Origin: an uncultured delta proteobacterium
Lineage (GTDB): Bacteria > Desulfobacterota > Binatia > UBA9968
Assembly: GCA_963745035.1 (NCBI GenBank)
Contig: CAVUVW010000014.1
Coordinates: 32,001-96,000 of the forward strand
DNA: 64,000 nucleotides
Reading direction: 5' to 3'
Every line of letters starts with the position of its first letter. Position 1 is the first letter of the stretch. Made by a program: the position numbers and the translations under genes. Positions 29,534-40,270 of the stretch are shown here, piece by piece. The notes below the pieces were generated by a model. That model was not told where the DNA came from, did no database searches, and was given only the letters and a program-made list of their open reading frames with translations.

Positions 29534-30502
29534 TCAGTACCGTTCCTTGCGTAGCTCATCGATGAACGTGCCGTCATAAAAACTCTCCGGCTTGAACTTG
29601 GCCACGGCGGGGTTTCTCTTGCGTTCGACGTCCAGGATAAACTCGATCGCCGCGCGGTCGGGCGCGAGGGTCTGGCTGAGTCTCGGCAGGATGATTTTCT
29701 TATGATATTCGCGCAGAAAGCCCGTGTCGTTGATCTTGGTGTATCGCGCCAAGATCTTCAGCGTCGCGTCTTCGTTCGCGAACATGAATCTGACCGCGTC
29801 CAGGTGCGCCTTGACGACCCGTTTTACGACCGCGGGGCTTTGGCGGATGTAGGCGCGCGTCGTCGTCAAGCTCGCTAACGGAAACAACAGCTCGTTGGAA
29901 TAATCCAGAACCTGATTGAATCCCAAAGACATGGCTCTGAGGCTCGTCGGCGCCTGCAGCAAGATCGACTCGATGACGCCGGCTTGGAGAGCGGCCAACC
30001 GGCCCGAATCGGGAACCAGCATCTGGACGATGCGCACGTCCTTGTCGGGAATGAGGCCGTGCTTTTCCAAAACGATGCGCGAGGCGAAGTCGGGCCCGCC
30101 GCCGAATTGGCCGATGCCGAGCCGCTTGCCGCGCAGCTGCTTGACGTCGGTGATCTCTTTCGTCGAGAAGAGCGCGTAGTCGGTCTTGCTGCCGAAGTAG
30201 GCTACATAGGTGAGGTCCCCGCCGGCGGCGTTGGCTTGCAACAGCGCCGCCATGCTCGAGAGCCCCATCTGCAGCTCGCCGGCGAACATGGCCTGGCTGA
30301 TGACTCGGCCGCCGACGATGAAGAGAACCTGCGCGTCGATATCGTGCTTCTTGAAAAATCCCGCTTCCTTGGCGACCCAGAGCGGCGCCTGCAGCCCGCT
30401 GAGCGCGCTGTAGGCGAAGTTGACCTTGTCCGCCGCGGCGCAGGGTCGAGAAAGTGCGCCGAGTATGACCATCAGAAGCAAACTCCATCGGATGCGTATC
30501 AT
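29534..30502 (-). CDS. ABC substrate-binding protein, SsuA/NMT1 family
   Basis: Signal peptide, PLWVAKEAGFFKKH, LRGKRLGI, RLAALQAG. Confidence 0.88.
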   Translation of the reverse strand: MIRIRWSLLLMVILGALSRPCAAADKVNFAYSALSGLQAPLWVAKEAGFFKKHDIDAQVLFIVGGRVISQAMFAGELQMGLSSMAALLQANAAGGDLTYVAYFGSKTDYALFSTKEITDVKQLRGKRLGIGQFGGGPDFASRIVLEKHGLIPDKDVRIVQMLVPDSGRLAALQAGVIESILLQAPTSLRAMSLGFNQVLDYSNELLFPLASLTTTRAYIRQSPAVVKRVVKAHLDAVRFMFANEDATLKILARYTKINDTGFLREYHKKIILPRLSQTLAPDRAAIEFILDVERKRNPAVAKFKPESFYDGTFIDELRKERY

Positions 30503-30739
30503 TCTCAGATGCTCCTTAGCGACGTTCTTCGACGTACCCTTATCGACCTTGCGCTCTCCAAAATCAACATTTCTGCTTTCTTCAACGCGTTGCGCCTGCG
30601 GCCTCGCGCCGGTGGGCAGCGGCTATGACGCCGGCGTCCATTTACAGTTAGCTGGCGCTGCTGCTAGTCATCCTGGAACAACAGTTCCCCGTCATGATCG
30701 GCAATCACAATTGAATGCAAGAAAACGAGGTCGCGACGA

Positions 30740-31756
30740 ATGGAGAGTTCTGCTTTAAGCAGCGCGTTGAAATGGACGCGCGTGATGTTCGCAGTGGTTT
30801 TTACGTGCTTTGGTTCTGTCGTTTTTCTTTCTGAGAGCCGGGCGCAGCCGGTGAAGCTCAACGTCAGCTATACCGGCGTGGGGCCGGTCAATCTCCCGGT
30901 GGTTTTAGCGAAGGAGGCCGGGATATTTGCCAGGAACGGTCTCGACGTCACCGTGATTCGCGCTCAGGCCGCGGTGTCGACGATGGCACTCATTTCAGGG
31001 GAAGTGGGATTGATTCAAGCGGCGGCGCCGGCGGTTTTGCAAAGCAATCTCGGCGGCTCGGGAGCGGTCTATGTGGCGGGCGGCTACACCGGGCTCGATT
31101 ACTGGCTGGTGGGTCATCCGAGCATCAAGTCGGCGGAACAGCTCAAGGGCGCGATCATCGGCGCCGCGGGTCTTTCCGGCGGCTCTTACACTGCGACGCA
31201 ATTGGCCGTGAGAAAGCTCGGGCTCAATCCTGCAAAAGATGTTTCCATTCTCGCGGTGGGCGGAACGCCGGAGCGCCTGGCGGCGCTGCGCACCGGGCGG
31301 GTGCAGGCGACGTCGCTCAACCCGCCGACGATCTTTGCCGCTGAGAAGGAGGGCTTCAGGATCTTGGCGGACGTGAGCGCGCTGCCGTTTCAAAACGTCG
31401 CGCCGGTAACGACCCGGCGCTTCATCAAGGAGCATCCAGACATCGTGCGCCGCTACGTGAAGTCGCAAGTGGAAGCGGTGCACATGATGAAGCGGGACAG
31501 AAAAACCGGCATGAAAGTCTTCATGCAGCTCATGGGTGGGTTCAAGGACACCGCCGTGCTCGAGAAAAGCTATGATGTGTCGATCACCGACGATAAGCTG
31601 CAGCGCAATCAATATCCTTCTTTAGAAGGGATTAAAGCGGTTTTGGAGTCGCTCGGCGACAGAGCCAAAGAGGCGCGTCCCACGGACTTCGTCGAGTTGC
31701 GCTTCATCAAGGAGCTCGAAGAAAACGGATTCATCCAAGCGCTTTATAAGCAGTGA
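30740..31756 (+). CDS. ABC substrate-binding protein, SsuA/NMT1 family
   Basis: Signal peptide, LAKEAGIFARNGLD, GLNPAKDV, ERLAALRTGRVQA, FIKELEENGFI. Confidence 0.88.
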   Translation: MESSALSSALKWTRVMFAVVFTCFGSVVFLSESRAQPVKLNVSYTGVGPVNLPVVLAKEAGIFARNGLDVTVIRAQAAVSTMALISGEVGLIQAAAPAVLQSNLGGSGAVYVAGGYTGLDYWLVGHPSIKSAEQLKGAIIGAAGLSGGSYTATQLAVRKLGLNPAKDVSILAVGGTPERLAALRTGRVQATSLNPPTIFAAEKEGFRILADVSALPFQNVAPVTTRRFIKEHPDIVRRYVKSQVEAVHMMKRDRKTGMKVFMQLMGGFKDTAVLEKSYDVSITDDKLQRNQYPSLEGIKAVLESLGDRAKEARPTDFVELRFIKELEENGFIQALYKQ

Positions 31757-31885
31757 GGGCTCAATCGGCCGTTCCAATCGTTACAGGCAGGGGCGAGCAG
31801 GGGCAGGTCTTGCAATGCGACAAAAGGGTCGGGACCACGTCCAGAGATTTAGCCCTCGACGGAAATCGGGGGCAGATTTGGCGGA

Positions 31886-32605
31886 TTACAAAGATACCAA
31901 ATCCGCGATTTCCTGATTCGCAGGCCGAGAGCAAACTTCTTCTGCCGGTCCACTCTGGAGCAGCTTACCTCGACTCAAAACCGCGATGTGCTTGGCGAGC
32001 GCCACTGCTTCGTGCACATCATGAGTGACAATGACCACCGCAGCATCGCTGAGCCGCAGTATTTCTTTGAAGTCGCTCAGCAACCTTTTGCGGGTGGGGG
32101 CATCCAGAGCGGAAAATGGTTCGTCGAGCAGCAGTAATTCCGGTTCGAGCACGAGGGCACGCGCGAGGCTCGTCCGGCGCGCTTCGCCGCCCGAGAGGGT
32201 GCGGGCAGAGCGCATGGCGATGTTGGCTATGCCTAAGCGTTCCAGCCACGGTTCAAGTTTTTTCTGGATCTGCTTTCGATCCAAGCCGCGTAATTTGAGT
32301 CCGAGCGCCGCATTGCCATAGACAGTATCGTCGAGCAGTAAAGGCGCTTGGAGTACATTCGCGATTCGTCTTCGCAACGTCAGGGAATTTTGCGCCGTCG
32401 GCGCTTCGCCCAAAAAGCAGACACTCCCGCTCGTCGGACGTTGAAGGAGTCCGATCACCCTGAGCAGGGTGGATTTCCCTGCTCCATTGGCGCCAATGAT
32501 CGCCAGGGTTTCGCCACTGTGAATGTCCAGAGCCGGGATGTCGAGGACCGTTGCCGCTCCATAACAAACCCGAATATTACGAAGCGTTAGGAGAGGAGGG
32601 GCCAT
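31886..32605 (-). CDS. ABC ATPase, tungstate/molybdate (TupC-like)
   Basis: GANGAGKST, LSGGEARR, LLLDEPFSALD, VTHD; lies in a Mo/W gene context. Confidence 0.75.
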   Translation of the reverse strand: MAPPLLTLRNIRVCYGAATVLDIPALDIHSGETLAIIGANGAGKSTLLRVIGLLQRPTSGSVCFLGEAPTAQNSLTLRRRIANVLQAPLLLDDTVYGNAALGLKLRGLDRKQIQKKLEPWLERLGIANIAMRSARTLSGGEARRTSLARALVLEPELLLLDEPFSALDAPTRKRLLSDFKEILRLSDAAVVIVTHDVHEAVALAKHIAVLSRGKLLQSGPAEEVCSRPANQEIADLVSL

Positions 32606-32767
32606 TTGGTCCGGCCCCGCTGCGCTGGGCCAAAAAATCATTCAGCAAAACAAAGATTCAAACAAAAGTTGGAACAATGACGAGGTCATGAGTTTCGACG
32701 CTGGTCTTTGCCGATCACGGAAAGAGCAATCTTTGTTGCCGCATAGCCTTCTCCTTTTTTGGGTCAA

Positions 32768-33660
32768 CTAGTGTGCGGTGACGATTCGGCCGGACCCGGT
32801 GGTGTCGTACCCCCCTAATGCGTCCACTCGTTGGCGGAACTCACGGGAGCCGAGGATGCCAAGCAACACCTGGATCCCAGGCGAGAAGAAGCGCTCTTTG
32901 GCAATGACGACATCGAAACGCTCTCGGGTGAGAGGGATAAAATCCACTCCAAGCGACTCCGCGGTTGTGCGGGTTGCCAAGCCGGCATCGGCAGCGCCCC
33001 GCAAGATCCGCCGCGCGACTTCGAAATGCGTTGTGACTTCACTCTCGTAACCGGAAATCTTCTTGCCGTGCAACTTGGCGCGCGCCAGCTCCTGATCGAG
33101 ATAGATCCGCGTTCCCGAACCGGGCTGGCGATTGATGATGCGTAAATTCGCGCGCCCAAGATCCCGGATTGCTTTTATGCCTTTGGGATTCCCCCGCGCC
33201 ACGACAAGGCCCATCTCGCGATAAAAAGCCTCGACCACGACGGCGCCGGGTGGCAATAACCACCTTCACCAACACCGGCCCGCCGCGGTTCCAGCAGGTG
33301 CGCCGTGGCAAAATCAGCTACGCCGCTGTGAATCGCTGCCAGACCGCCGCTACTGCCGACCGTGGTCATAAAGAAGGAAGCGGATCGTGTTTGTGCTTCG
33401 TAAAGATCGTGCAGGATCACGAGGCTTGGGTCGTCGCTCCCCGCGGCGAGAAGAAACACCCGCTCTATGGCTTTGGCCCTTGGCGCAACCAGAGCGCAAG
33501 CGCTCTCCTCGATCCACCGGTCGATCAATTGCTTCGGGAAAGTCCATTTGCCGGTCACCCTCGTGCAAGGAATCTTGCCGAGTTTGGCGAGGGAATAGAC
33601 CTTCTTTTCGTTGATGCCCAGGTAGCGCGCGACCTCCCGGGTGTTCATGAGCTCGGCCAT
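32768..33660 (-). CDS. HTH_17 + molybdate-binding PBP-like transcriptional regulator, frameshifted/deleted near 33260
   Basis: MNTREVARYLGINEKKVY...GKWTFP, GSSGGL, NRQPGSGTR, ERFDVVI, GGYDT. Confidence 0.8.
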
Positions 33661-33770
33661 GGATCTCTTAGCTAATTGTTTTCCCGGTGAAAAGCAATAA
33701 ACTGACAAAATCTGACAAAAACTCCGTCCCAAGGATAGTCAATCCAAGCAGCTCGTGCTAGGCGCTAAGT

Positions 33771-34465
33771 ATGGCGACGAAAACGGTCCCGCATTGCGGT
33801 GCAAACCCGGCCGGGTTCACAGTCCAGTGGGTGGGGGCGCAGCGAGATGTCTTGCGAGGCGACATCGGAGGGCACGTCACGCTCGCCCTCGTTCTCGGAC
33901 CTGAGGAATCTTTATGGGTTGGGACCGGCAGAAGGCCTTCAGGGTGAGGTCTCCGTTTTCGATTCGGAACCGTCGATCTCCCGGATCATCAACGGAAAAC
34001 TCCAAGTCTATAGGGGCTTCAACGTGAAGGCCTGCTTTCTCGTCTATGCCCAAGTCGCCGCCTGGCGCAGCGTCACGATACAAAGTGAAATCGCCGACGA
34101 AGAAACCTTGGAAAACTGTATTTTGAACTTAGCATCTGAGTTCCATATCGATGTGAGTCACCCGTTCCCGTTTCTGATCAATGCGACACCCGTACGTGCG
34201 ACGTTTCATGTTCTCGATAAGCGCGACGGGTTTCCGCACAACCCCGAGCTTCATGAAGGCCAAGGTTCGGTTCGCACTCGAGCGGCAAACTGTGGAGGTG
34301 ATCGGCTTTTATTCGAATCGGCACCGTGGGATCTTTACACCCGGTGACGCAAACGTCCACATGCATATCAAGAGCGCGGACGGGCGCATGTCGGATCATC
34401 TTGAAAACATTCATTTGGACCGGGGAGCGACGCTGGCCGTTCCCCGCGTGGAGGGCAACCCATGA
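33771..34465 (+). CDS. Acetolactate decarboxylase-like protein, two frameshifts
   Basis: NLYGLGPAEGLQGEVSV, PFPFLI, IGFYS...HRGIFT...HMHI...DHLE His cluster; pieces in ORFs 33799 and 34181. Confidence 0.7.
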
Positions 34466-34641
34466 AACTGAGTGCGCGCAACATCCTCAAAGGTAAAATC
34501 GTGGAGGTGAAGCGGGGGCAGACGACGGCTCACGTTAAGCTCGACGTCGGAGGAGGAATCGTCATTACTTCGTCGGTCACGATGGAAGCGCTGGATGACC
34601 TGAAGCTTGCGAAGTTCTCTGGTTTGTTCTTTTATGTGTAG
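34462..34641 (+). pseudogene. mop: Mop/TOBE molybdate-binding protein, 3' end replaced by unrelated DNA
   Basis: MKLSARNILKGKIVEVKRG...ITSSVTMEALDDLKLA, then unrelated FSGLFFYV* where the AxIKA strand is expected. Confidence 0.75.
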
Positions 34642-34947
34642 TTTATGTGTATGTCGTATACAAGATTGCGTCGTTGTTATTCTTTTGAGATCGTGGACAT
34701 GCCTAAAGCTGATAACCGCGTATTATATTTTGCTGAGACATCTGTGACGAGGGCTCAGCGGCATAAAGTTAAAGCACTCGAATAATGATGGCGCGGTCTC
34801 ACCATGAACTCGACGAACTGGCCACCGCCTGATTGAGCGAATCAGCGGGTGAAAGAAGACGAACTTTGACTATAATCAAGCGCCTTGCGCCAGGGATATC
34901 AAACAAATCCCAGCCGACGGTCCATCAGTAGGAAAACCAATCTGCCC

Positions 34948-35706
34948 TCAAGCTGACCGGCCGTTTGGATGGCAGCAATCATACTCGATCTGCTCGTCCG
35001 CGTTCGGCCGGCCTCTGGGCGTCAGGTCGAACAGGGTCCAAAGCGGCTCGACAGTGCCCATGTGCCGCGGGTCCTGACCCGGATCAGTCGGCTCGAATAA
35101 GAGCTCGGACGCCCAATGCAGCCGAATCACGCCGTCAGGCCATCGCTTGAATACGGTCATGATCGGAACCTGCTGACCGTCCGCGTCCTCGCCATGATAG
35201 TCCCGCTTGAAGGTGTTGTTCGCAGCCGACAACAATTTGATGTGCTTCCATCCCTTATCGCGCGCGAACGCCGCGACCCGCTCGATCGGCGCCTTTGCGA
35301 CGACGGCAAGGTTGCCGCCGAGCCCCTCGAAATGGGGCATCGTTCCCTCCCACATGTCGATCAGCGCGGTGCACGAAGGGCACGGTCCCTCGGCGAGCGG
35401 TACGTGCTCCATGGAGCCGGCCGTCGGCCCGGGCCGATTGTCTTGGGCATGGCGGGGGAACATGTAATGGTAGAGCATGAGCGTGTCCCGGCCGCGGAAC
35501 AGTTCGGACAAGCGCACCGTCGAAAGCGCGCCGTCCGCACCGATGCAGTCGAATGAATAGTCTTCCGGCACTTCGCCGCCGGCCGGCAGCGCCCTCAATT
35601 CAGCTGCGACGGCCTCCATTTCCCGTCGCAGCGCCACCTCGCGCTTTAGCAGCGCAGTACGCGCACTCCGGTAGTCCGGCGTTTCGTGTGGGAAAGTTAC
35701 ACTCAT
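34948..35706 (-). CDS. DUF899 thioredoxin-like protein
   Basis: LRALPAGGEVPEDY, LSELF, PCPSCT, VAKAPIE, LLSAANNTFKRDY, LWTLFDLTPRGR. Confidence 0.9.
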   Translation of the reverse strand: MSVTFPHETPDYRSARTALLKREVALRREMEAVAAELRALPAGGEVPEDYSFDCIGADGALSTVRLSELFRGRDTLMLYHYMFPRHAQDNRPGPTAGSMEHVPLAEGPCPSCTALIDMWEGTMPHFEGLGGNLAVVAKAPIERVAAFARDKGWKHIKLLSAANNTFKRDYHGEDADGQQVPIMTVFKRWPDGVIRLHWASELLFEPTDPGQDPRHMGTVEPLWTLFDLTPRGRPNADEQIEYDCCHPNGRSA

Positions 35707-35909
35707 GCTTTTCTCCTTTCGTTCCAGCTCTCACCCTTTGTCGAACCGAATGAGTGCATTTCGACATCCTACAAAGGATGTCACATCTTCACATGGGGAG
35801 AAAAGACGCATATGCAGCCAAATGGAATCCAACCGACACGAGAACTTAGTATCCTGAGAGCGCGGCAGGCACGTCGAATCCGTGCGCCGGAACAGAAAAT
35901 TCTTTGAGC

Positions 35910-36016
35910 GGCTCCGACGCATAGGCCCCAAGGACAATCACCCGTTCCTTTTCGGAACCGCGACGCCGGGAGAACGGCTCTTTGCCCAATGCGAGTAGTA
36001 CCGGCAGCGGTCCAGA
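35910..36016 (-). repeat. ~110-nt structured non-coding element, copy 1 of 3
   Basis: Shared blocks GGACAATCA(A)CCCRTTCC...GGGAGAACGGCTCTTTGCC...AGTAGYACCGGCAGCGG with 45534-45641 and 46377-46484. Confidence 0.75.
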
Positions 36017-36285
36017 ACCCAAGCTGAGTTTGGCGGTGGGAGCAATATGCGTTGGGTATGTAATGTCAACTTTGGACTGGAGCGAATTCTGCGCAACGAA
36101 TGGTGAGGGACAGTTGGCTGCAGCTGAGAGGAGGAATCGCTGCAATTGGCTCGATTCCTACTTCAGGTGGAAAGAAATCGATGTTACGCGCGCAGACAGT
36201 GGCCGTACGGCAAGATATTAGCCGCAATCAGACTCAGACAGATCCGACATGTTGCCATATTCGTCTGGCCCGAACTCTACTCACC

Positions 36286-36474
36286 CTAAATTGGCAATTT
36301 GTCGACGACCTCGGCGGCCTCGTCTATCGCCTCATGTGCCGCATCGCCCGCGACAGGCACGATGGAAGTCACTGCGCCGACCACGCGCATCGGCACGGTG
36401 ACCAATTTGGTGAGAACACAACCGGATAGCAGGATCACCCCGATCAGCAAACATAACGCTTTGATGAATCGCAT
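36286..36474 (-). CDS. Small lipoprotein (DUF6726-like)
   Basis: Lipobox LLSGC, then VLTKLVTVPMRVVGAVTSIVPVAG; GGAGG RBS. Confidence 0.7.
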   Translation of the reverse strand: MRFIKALCLLIGVILLSGCVLTKLVTVPMRVVGAVTSIVPVAGDAAHEAIDEAAEVVDKLPI

Positions 36475-36742
36475 AATAGCCTCCATAGGTTTCTATGGCC
36501 TCGCACAGCATCCATACTGTCAATTTAGTCGACGCCGCCCCATCGAGTTAACGCCTCCTCTGACTCGCTCCTGTCGCAGCCATTTAACACGAGCGAAACG
36601 CTTCAGAAAATCATTGAGGAAATGGATGAGACTGAAGCGGGGAAGCCGCAAACGAGTACACGTGATTTGTAGTCAAATTCTTTTCTAGTGGTGCCGTTGA
36701 TCAGTTAACCACGCTCGCAAATCCGGCACTATCCCGCTTGCC

Positions 36743-37399
36743 TCAATATTTGGATAGAGCGGCCAGTAAGTTCCGCGTGCCCGCAGGCGGCTGTACTCTG
36801 CCGCTAAGAATCTCTCCCGGCGTAACCGGATTGCCGTAATACGCGGCGTTGGCGTCATCTCGCGTCCCTATACCCGTGCCCTCGAGCGAAACGCCGGCAA
36901 ATAATCCCTGACTCCGGCTATAACTGTACATCGCTGCCTGTAAAGCTACGCCGCCCTCGGCGCTGCGTCCTAGAGGACCCGCCGCTACGCTGAGGTTCCC
37001 ACCAAGCGTGACGTTGGCCTGTTTGGCAAACGCGTCAACAGCAGCCGGAGTGTTGAGGACAATAACGAATTCGGTGATGTCGACTCCAGCTTGAAAACCG
37101 ATGCCAAGTCCCCCCGTCCTGATCGCGGAGGGAGCGCTCCAACCTTTTTCCGTCCGCGCAACGACAACTCCACTACCGGTCCTGGCACTACCAATAAACC
37201 CGGCCCTTGTGACGGTGAGAATCGCCACACCTCTGGCTGCCTTTATGACAGCGGGTGGAATTCCTTTCTCCGGCATCGCCTCAAATCGTTCAATGATGGC
37301 CGCTGCTTGATCAACATCTGCCTGCATCGAATCGTGCGGAGAAACCGTAGCACACGCGCTGAACAATGCTGCGGCGAGCACACAAATAATTGCCTTCAT
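36743..37399 (-). CDS. SYLF/Ysc84 lipid-binding lipoprotein
   Basis: Lipobox FSAC, GWSAPS, GFQAG, AAGPLGR, YSYSRSQGLFAGVSLEG. Confidence 0.9.
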   Translation of the reverse strand: MKAIICVLAAALFSACATVSPHDSMQADVDQAAAIIERFEAMPEKGIPPAVIKAARGVAILTVTRAGFIGSARTGSGVVVARTEKGWSAPSAIRTGGLGIGFQAGVDITEFVIVLNTPAAVDAFAKQANVTLGGNLSVAAGPLGRSAEGGVALQAAMYSYSRSQGLFAGVSLEGTGIGTRDDANAAYYGNPVTPGEILSGRVQPPAGTRNLLAALSKY

Positions 37400-37835
37400 G
37401 CTAAGACTCCTTCGCAGAAAAAATTCCACCCGGTCAAAATAAGCGTATTAGTTAAAATGCGGCGAATCAAGGAGTGTTTTGGCCAGCCTTTGTGGATTTA
37501 GTGGATTTAACGCCAAATGCCGCCTGCAAGCCCGGGTGGCTTCAAGCTGCGCTTGATTAGGGATCGAGTCGTTTCCTCTAATCTTTGAATACATAACAGT
37601 CGTCGATTCAAAACGACACGAGGATTAATAATTCTCGTAGCACGTCTAAGCAGCAGAGAACAAAGAACAATTTCTTAGCTTTGCCATTACTTTACTGGTC
37701 CAAAATCCCGCTAAAACGAATCATTTCTCGTCTGACCAATCGAATCCGCTATTCTCAGCGCTGCTACAATTCTCTCGTTGACCGCTGTTGGGTCCACGAG
37801 ATAGCGTAGGCGCTGCAAAGAACCAGGTAAAGACG

Positions 37836-38330
37836 ATGGTAAACGGAAGTGTCGTCGGCATTTTCATCTCCCCTATTGCTGGAGGGCAGATGCAACAGGT
37901 GCAAACCGTCCAAGCACTCGCGGGTGCAGGATTGGCTGGCGACCGATATTCGACAGGTACGGGTAGCTTCAGCCGAAAGCAAGTCGGGAGGCGGCAAGTC
38001 ACTCTAATCAATTCCATTTTCTTCAAGGACAGCGGCTTTGAATATTTTGAAAGCCGGCGCAACATCGTAACGCACGGAGTCGAGCTGATGTGGCTCATCG
38101 GGAGAGAATTTCAAATTGGAGAGGCGCTATTTCGGGGTCAGCAGTATTGCGACCCCTGTCTCCGGCCCAGTCACCTCTCAGGAAAGAAGCATAAGTTTCT
38201 CGAAGCGTTCCTGGATCGCGGCGGTCTAGTCGCGGAGGTGATTGAAGGGGGTACAATCACAAGAGGAGATACGATCATCATCAAGGCGTTGCCTCATGAA
38301 GGCTACTACTACAGAAACCGCCAAAATTAA
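37836..38330 (+). CDS. MOSC domain protein
   Basis: GLAGDRY, RQVTLI, RRNIVT, CDPCLRP, RGGLVAEVIEGGTI. Confidence 0.88.
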   Translation: MVNGSVVGIFISPIAGGQMQQVQTVQALAGAGLAGDRYSTGTGSFSRKQVGRRQVTLINSIFFKDSGFEYFESRRNIVTHGVELMWLIGREFQIGEALFRGQQYCDPCLRPSHLSGKKHKFLEAFLDRGGLVAEVIEGGTITRGDTIIIKALPHEGYYYRNRQN

Positions 38331-38513
38331 TGCTGATTATCTCACACATTGAATACCCCCAATCCAAGGCAAAATAGCATCATCTCCGTATCCTGTGCTC
38401 ATGGCAGGCATACGCGGCAAGAGCGGCCCATCAGGCAACCAGAACGCCTTCGACATGGTTTGGCGGGCATTGCAACAACTACGGGTAAACGGCTCGCTGA
38501 CACCGGGGATTAA

Positions 38514-38825
38514 TCAGCCGTATTTCTTGACTGCTTGCTCGATTGCGCCTCCAGCCTTAGCAAGGTCGTCAGGTACCATCACGGGATGAATCTCAATCCT
38601 CGCATTGAAAGCGAGGAGCCACGGCTCCACGATTGCGGGAATCAGGGAAGCGTCCTGCATCTCAAGAAAGAGAAACGCCGTCCGTTGACCATTGTCGTCC
38701 GTAAAATATACGGCCTCGGGCTTCAAATCCGCCAATATGGATTGGATGGTCGTGCCGAGCTTTCCCGCTTTCGCAGCCGCATTTCCGGCTTCGACAGGAA
38801 TGTTCACCTTGACTAGAAATCGCAT
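38514..38825 (-). CDS. Small dimeric alpha-beta barrel-like protein (DUF3303/GYD-like), copy 1
   Basis: LKPEAVYF...G.RTAF...IPAIVEPW...IHPVM; GGAGG RBS. Confidence 0.75.
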   Translation of the reverse strand: MRFLVKVNIPVEAGNAAAKAGKLGTTIQSILADLKPEAVYFTDDNGQRTAFLFLEMQDASLIPAIVEPWLLAFNARIEIHPVMVPDDLAKAGGAIEQAVKKYG

Positions 38826-38877
38826 AGATCACCTCCGCATTATTTGATTGCTTTTCCCAAGATATCCCTTTCATGAG

Positions 38878-39105
38878 TTAGGTGGTCTCCGCCGTTGGAT
38901 CAGGCTTGCTGCCAGACTTTCTTTCATCTCCGGTATGCATCACCGGTCTTTTTAACAGGACAGTATCGCTCTGCGCAGCGTACGCCACGGCTTCCCATCC
39001 CTCGCGCCCGAAACCGTTCAGAATATCTTCGTGCTTTTCTCGTTGATGCGGTTCTGTCGCATCCACAAGCAATCCGAGCGCGACCAGCTTGTATTCCCAT
39101 TGCAT
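38878..39105 (-). CDS. DUF4177-like small protein, copy 1
   Basis: MQWEYKLV...ILNGFGREGWEAV...LLKRP. Confidence 0.75.
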   Translation of the reverse strand: MQWEYKLVALGLLVDATEPHQREKHEDILNGFGREGWEAVAYAAQSDTVLLKRPVMHTGDERKSGSKPDPTAETT

Positions 39106-39223
39106 AAAAATGTCCGCCATTCTGAAAAGTTGTGTGACTTTGCTACAATCGAAATGCGGTCCCTGATGAAAAAGGATATCAGAGACCCCAGAGCATTGTA
39201 GATGGTCGGAAAAAAAGAACACA

Positions 39224-39619
39224 GTGGATCCCAATACCATTGCCTTCCGGCATAGTCTTTCGGCAATCGAGCGCCGCCGCACAGAGGGTGAGCTAACCCA
39301 TGACGAGCAGGATGTCCGGGCCGGGATTCTCGCCGGACTGATCGCAGATAAAGGCGGAGAGCAGCAGATCGGCACCGCCGAGCGCATTCTGGCAGAGATC
39401 ATCAGCAGCGACGTGTCGCTCTTGGTGACGGTGAATCAAGCCATAGAGGGAGTTCTGAGAAATAATCAGAAAGCGCGAGAGAACCCGAAAGCGTTGACGC
39501 AACTCGACGGCTATAAGCGCGACCTGGTGAACAGTCTCACCGGTGATCTACACCGATTTGGCTTCGACAGGACTCCGAAACACGGGACGAAATCATTGGC
39601 CGGGCAGGACGAACCGTAG
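39224..39619 (+). pseudogene. 5'-truncated member of the MAGIRGKSGPxGNQNAFRHG family
   Basis: AFRHSL...ILAGLIADKGGEQQIGTAERILAEIISSD matches remnants at 38401, 46860 and 48794. Confidence 0.55.
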
Positions 39620-39720
39620 CGCTCCAGGTACGTGGAACAAGTCCCATTTTTGTACGTCCTCAATCTAAGTAAATACTTTGTCGGCGCTTCATGTTAGCCG
39701 TCGGAAAACCGATTGCTCGT

Positions 39721-40270
39721 TCAATTTGCCTTCGGGAAACCGATTGGTGGTCCAATATCCAATTCTGTAATTCGCCATCCCTCGTTGAAAAGCTCGTACG
39801 TGGCAAATACGACAGAGACGTTGGGATCTTCATTGCCAAAACAAGCTAGGACCTCCGTGGGTAATTTGTTGCGCTTCCATTCCCAGAAGGCATAGATCTG
39901 CTTCTTACCTGGTCCTTCGTCCCGTATGGCCATGACGAGCCAGACTCGGCGATCATGATTACCCGGCACTTCAACTGCCAAGCGCGGAGGACCTTGTACA
40001 ACGGGGAAATCTTGTACAACCCGCGTGAAGTACTTCCTTCCGTCTGGCGTGAACTCAATGCCGCGTCCATGATTTCTCCACATATGATTTTCTGAACCGC
40101 ATTCTAGGCTTTCACTCGTCAGTTCTAGCAGCAAGCCGCTACCGGTTGAGAAAGTAAGTGGACTTTTGGATGTCGGTCTGTGCTCGTGACCGAGTGACAT
40201 GTTTTTTCCCGCTGTCACAAGCGACACTGAAGAACAGGCCTACAACCAAAAGCACATAGAAGTGGCACAT
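39721..40270 (-). CDS. Hypothetical lipoprotein, frameshift near 40145
   Basis: MCHFYVLLVVGLFFSVAC lipobox joined to the body of ORF 39721..40227. Confidence 0.5.

Larger units (their letters stand above)
38367..39303 (+). repeat. ~0.94 kb direct duplication, copy 1
   Basis: Near-identical to 48759-49695; ORF translations are identical in both copies. Confidence 0.95.

Noticed and set aside
34700-34735. dif/Xer site (GCTGATAA-CCGCGTA-TTATATTTT)
   Set aside because: Spacer is 7 rather than 6 bp and the XerD arm is poor
35910-36016. 110-nt element as group II intron domain V, c-di-GMP-I riboswitch or attC
   Set aside because: GAGCCG is present but there is no AC bulge or domain VI; no GGGACGCAAAGC; no RYYYAAC/GTTRRRY ends
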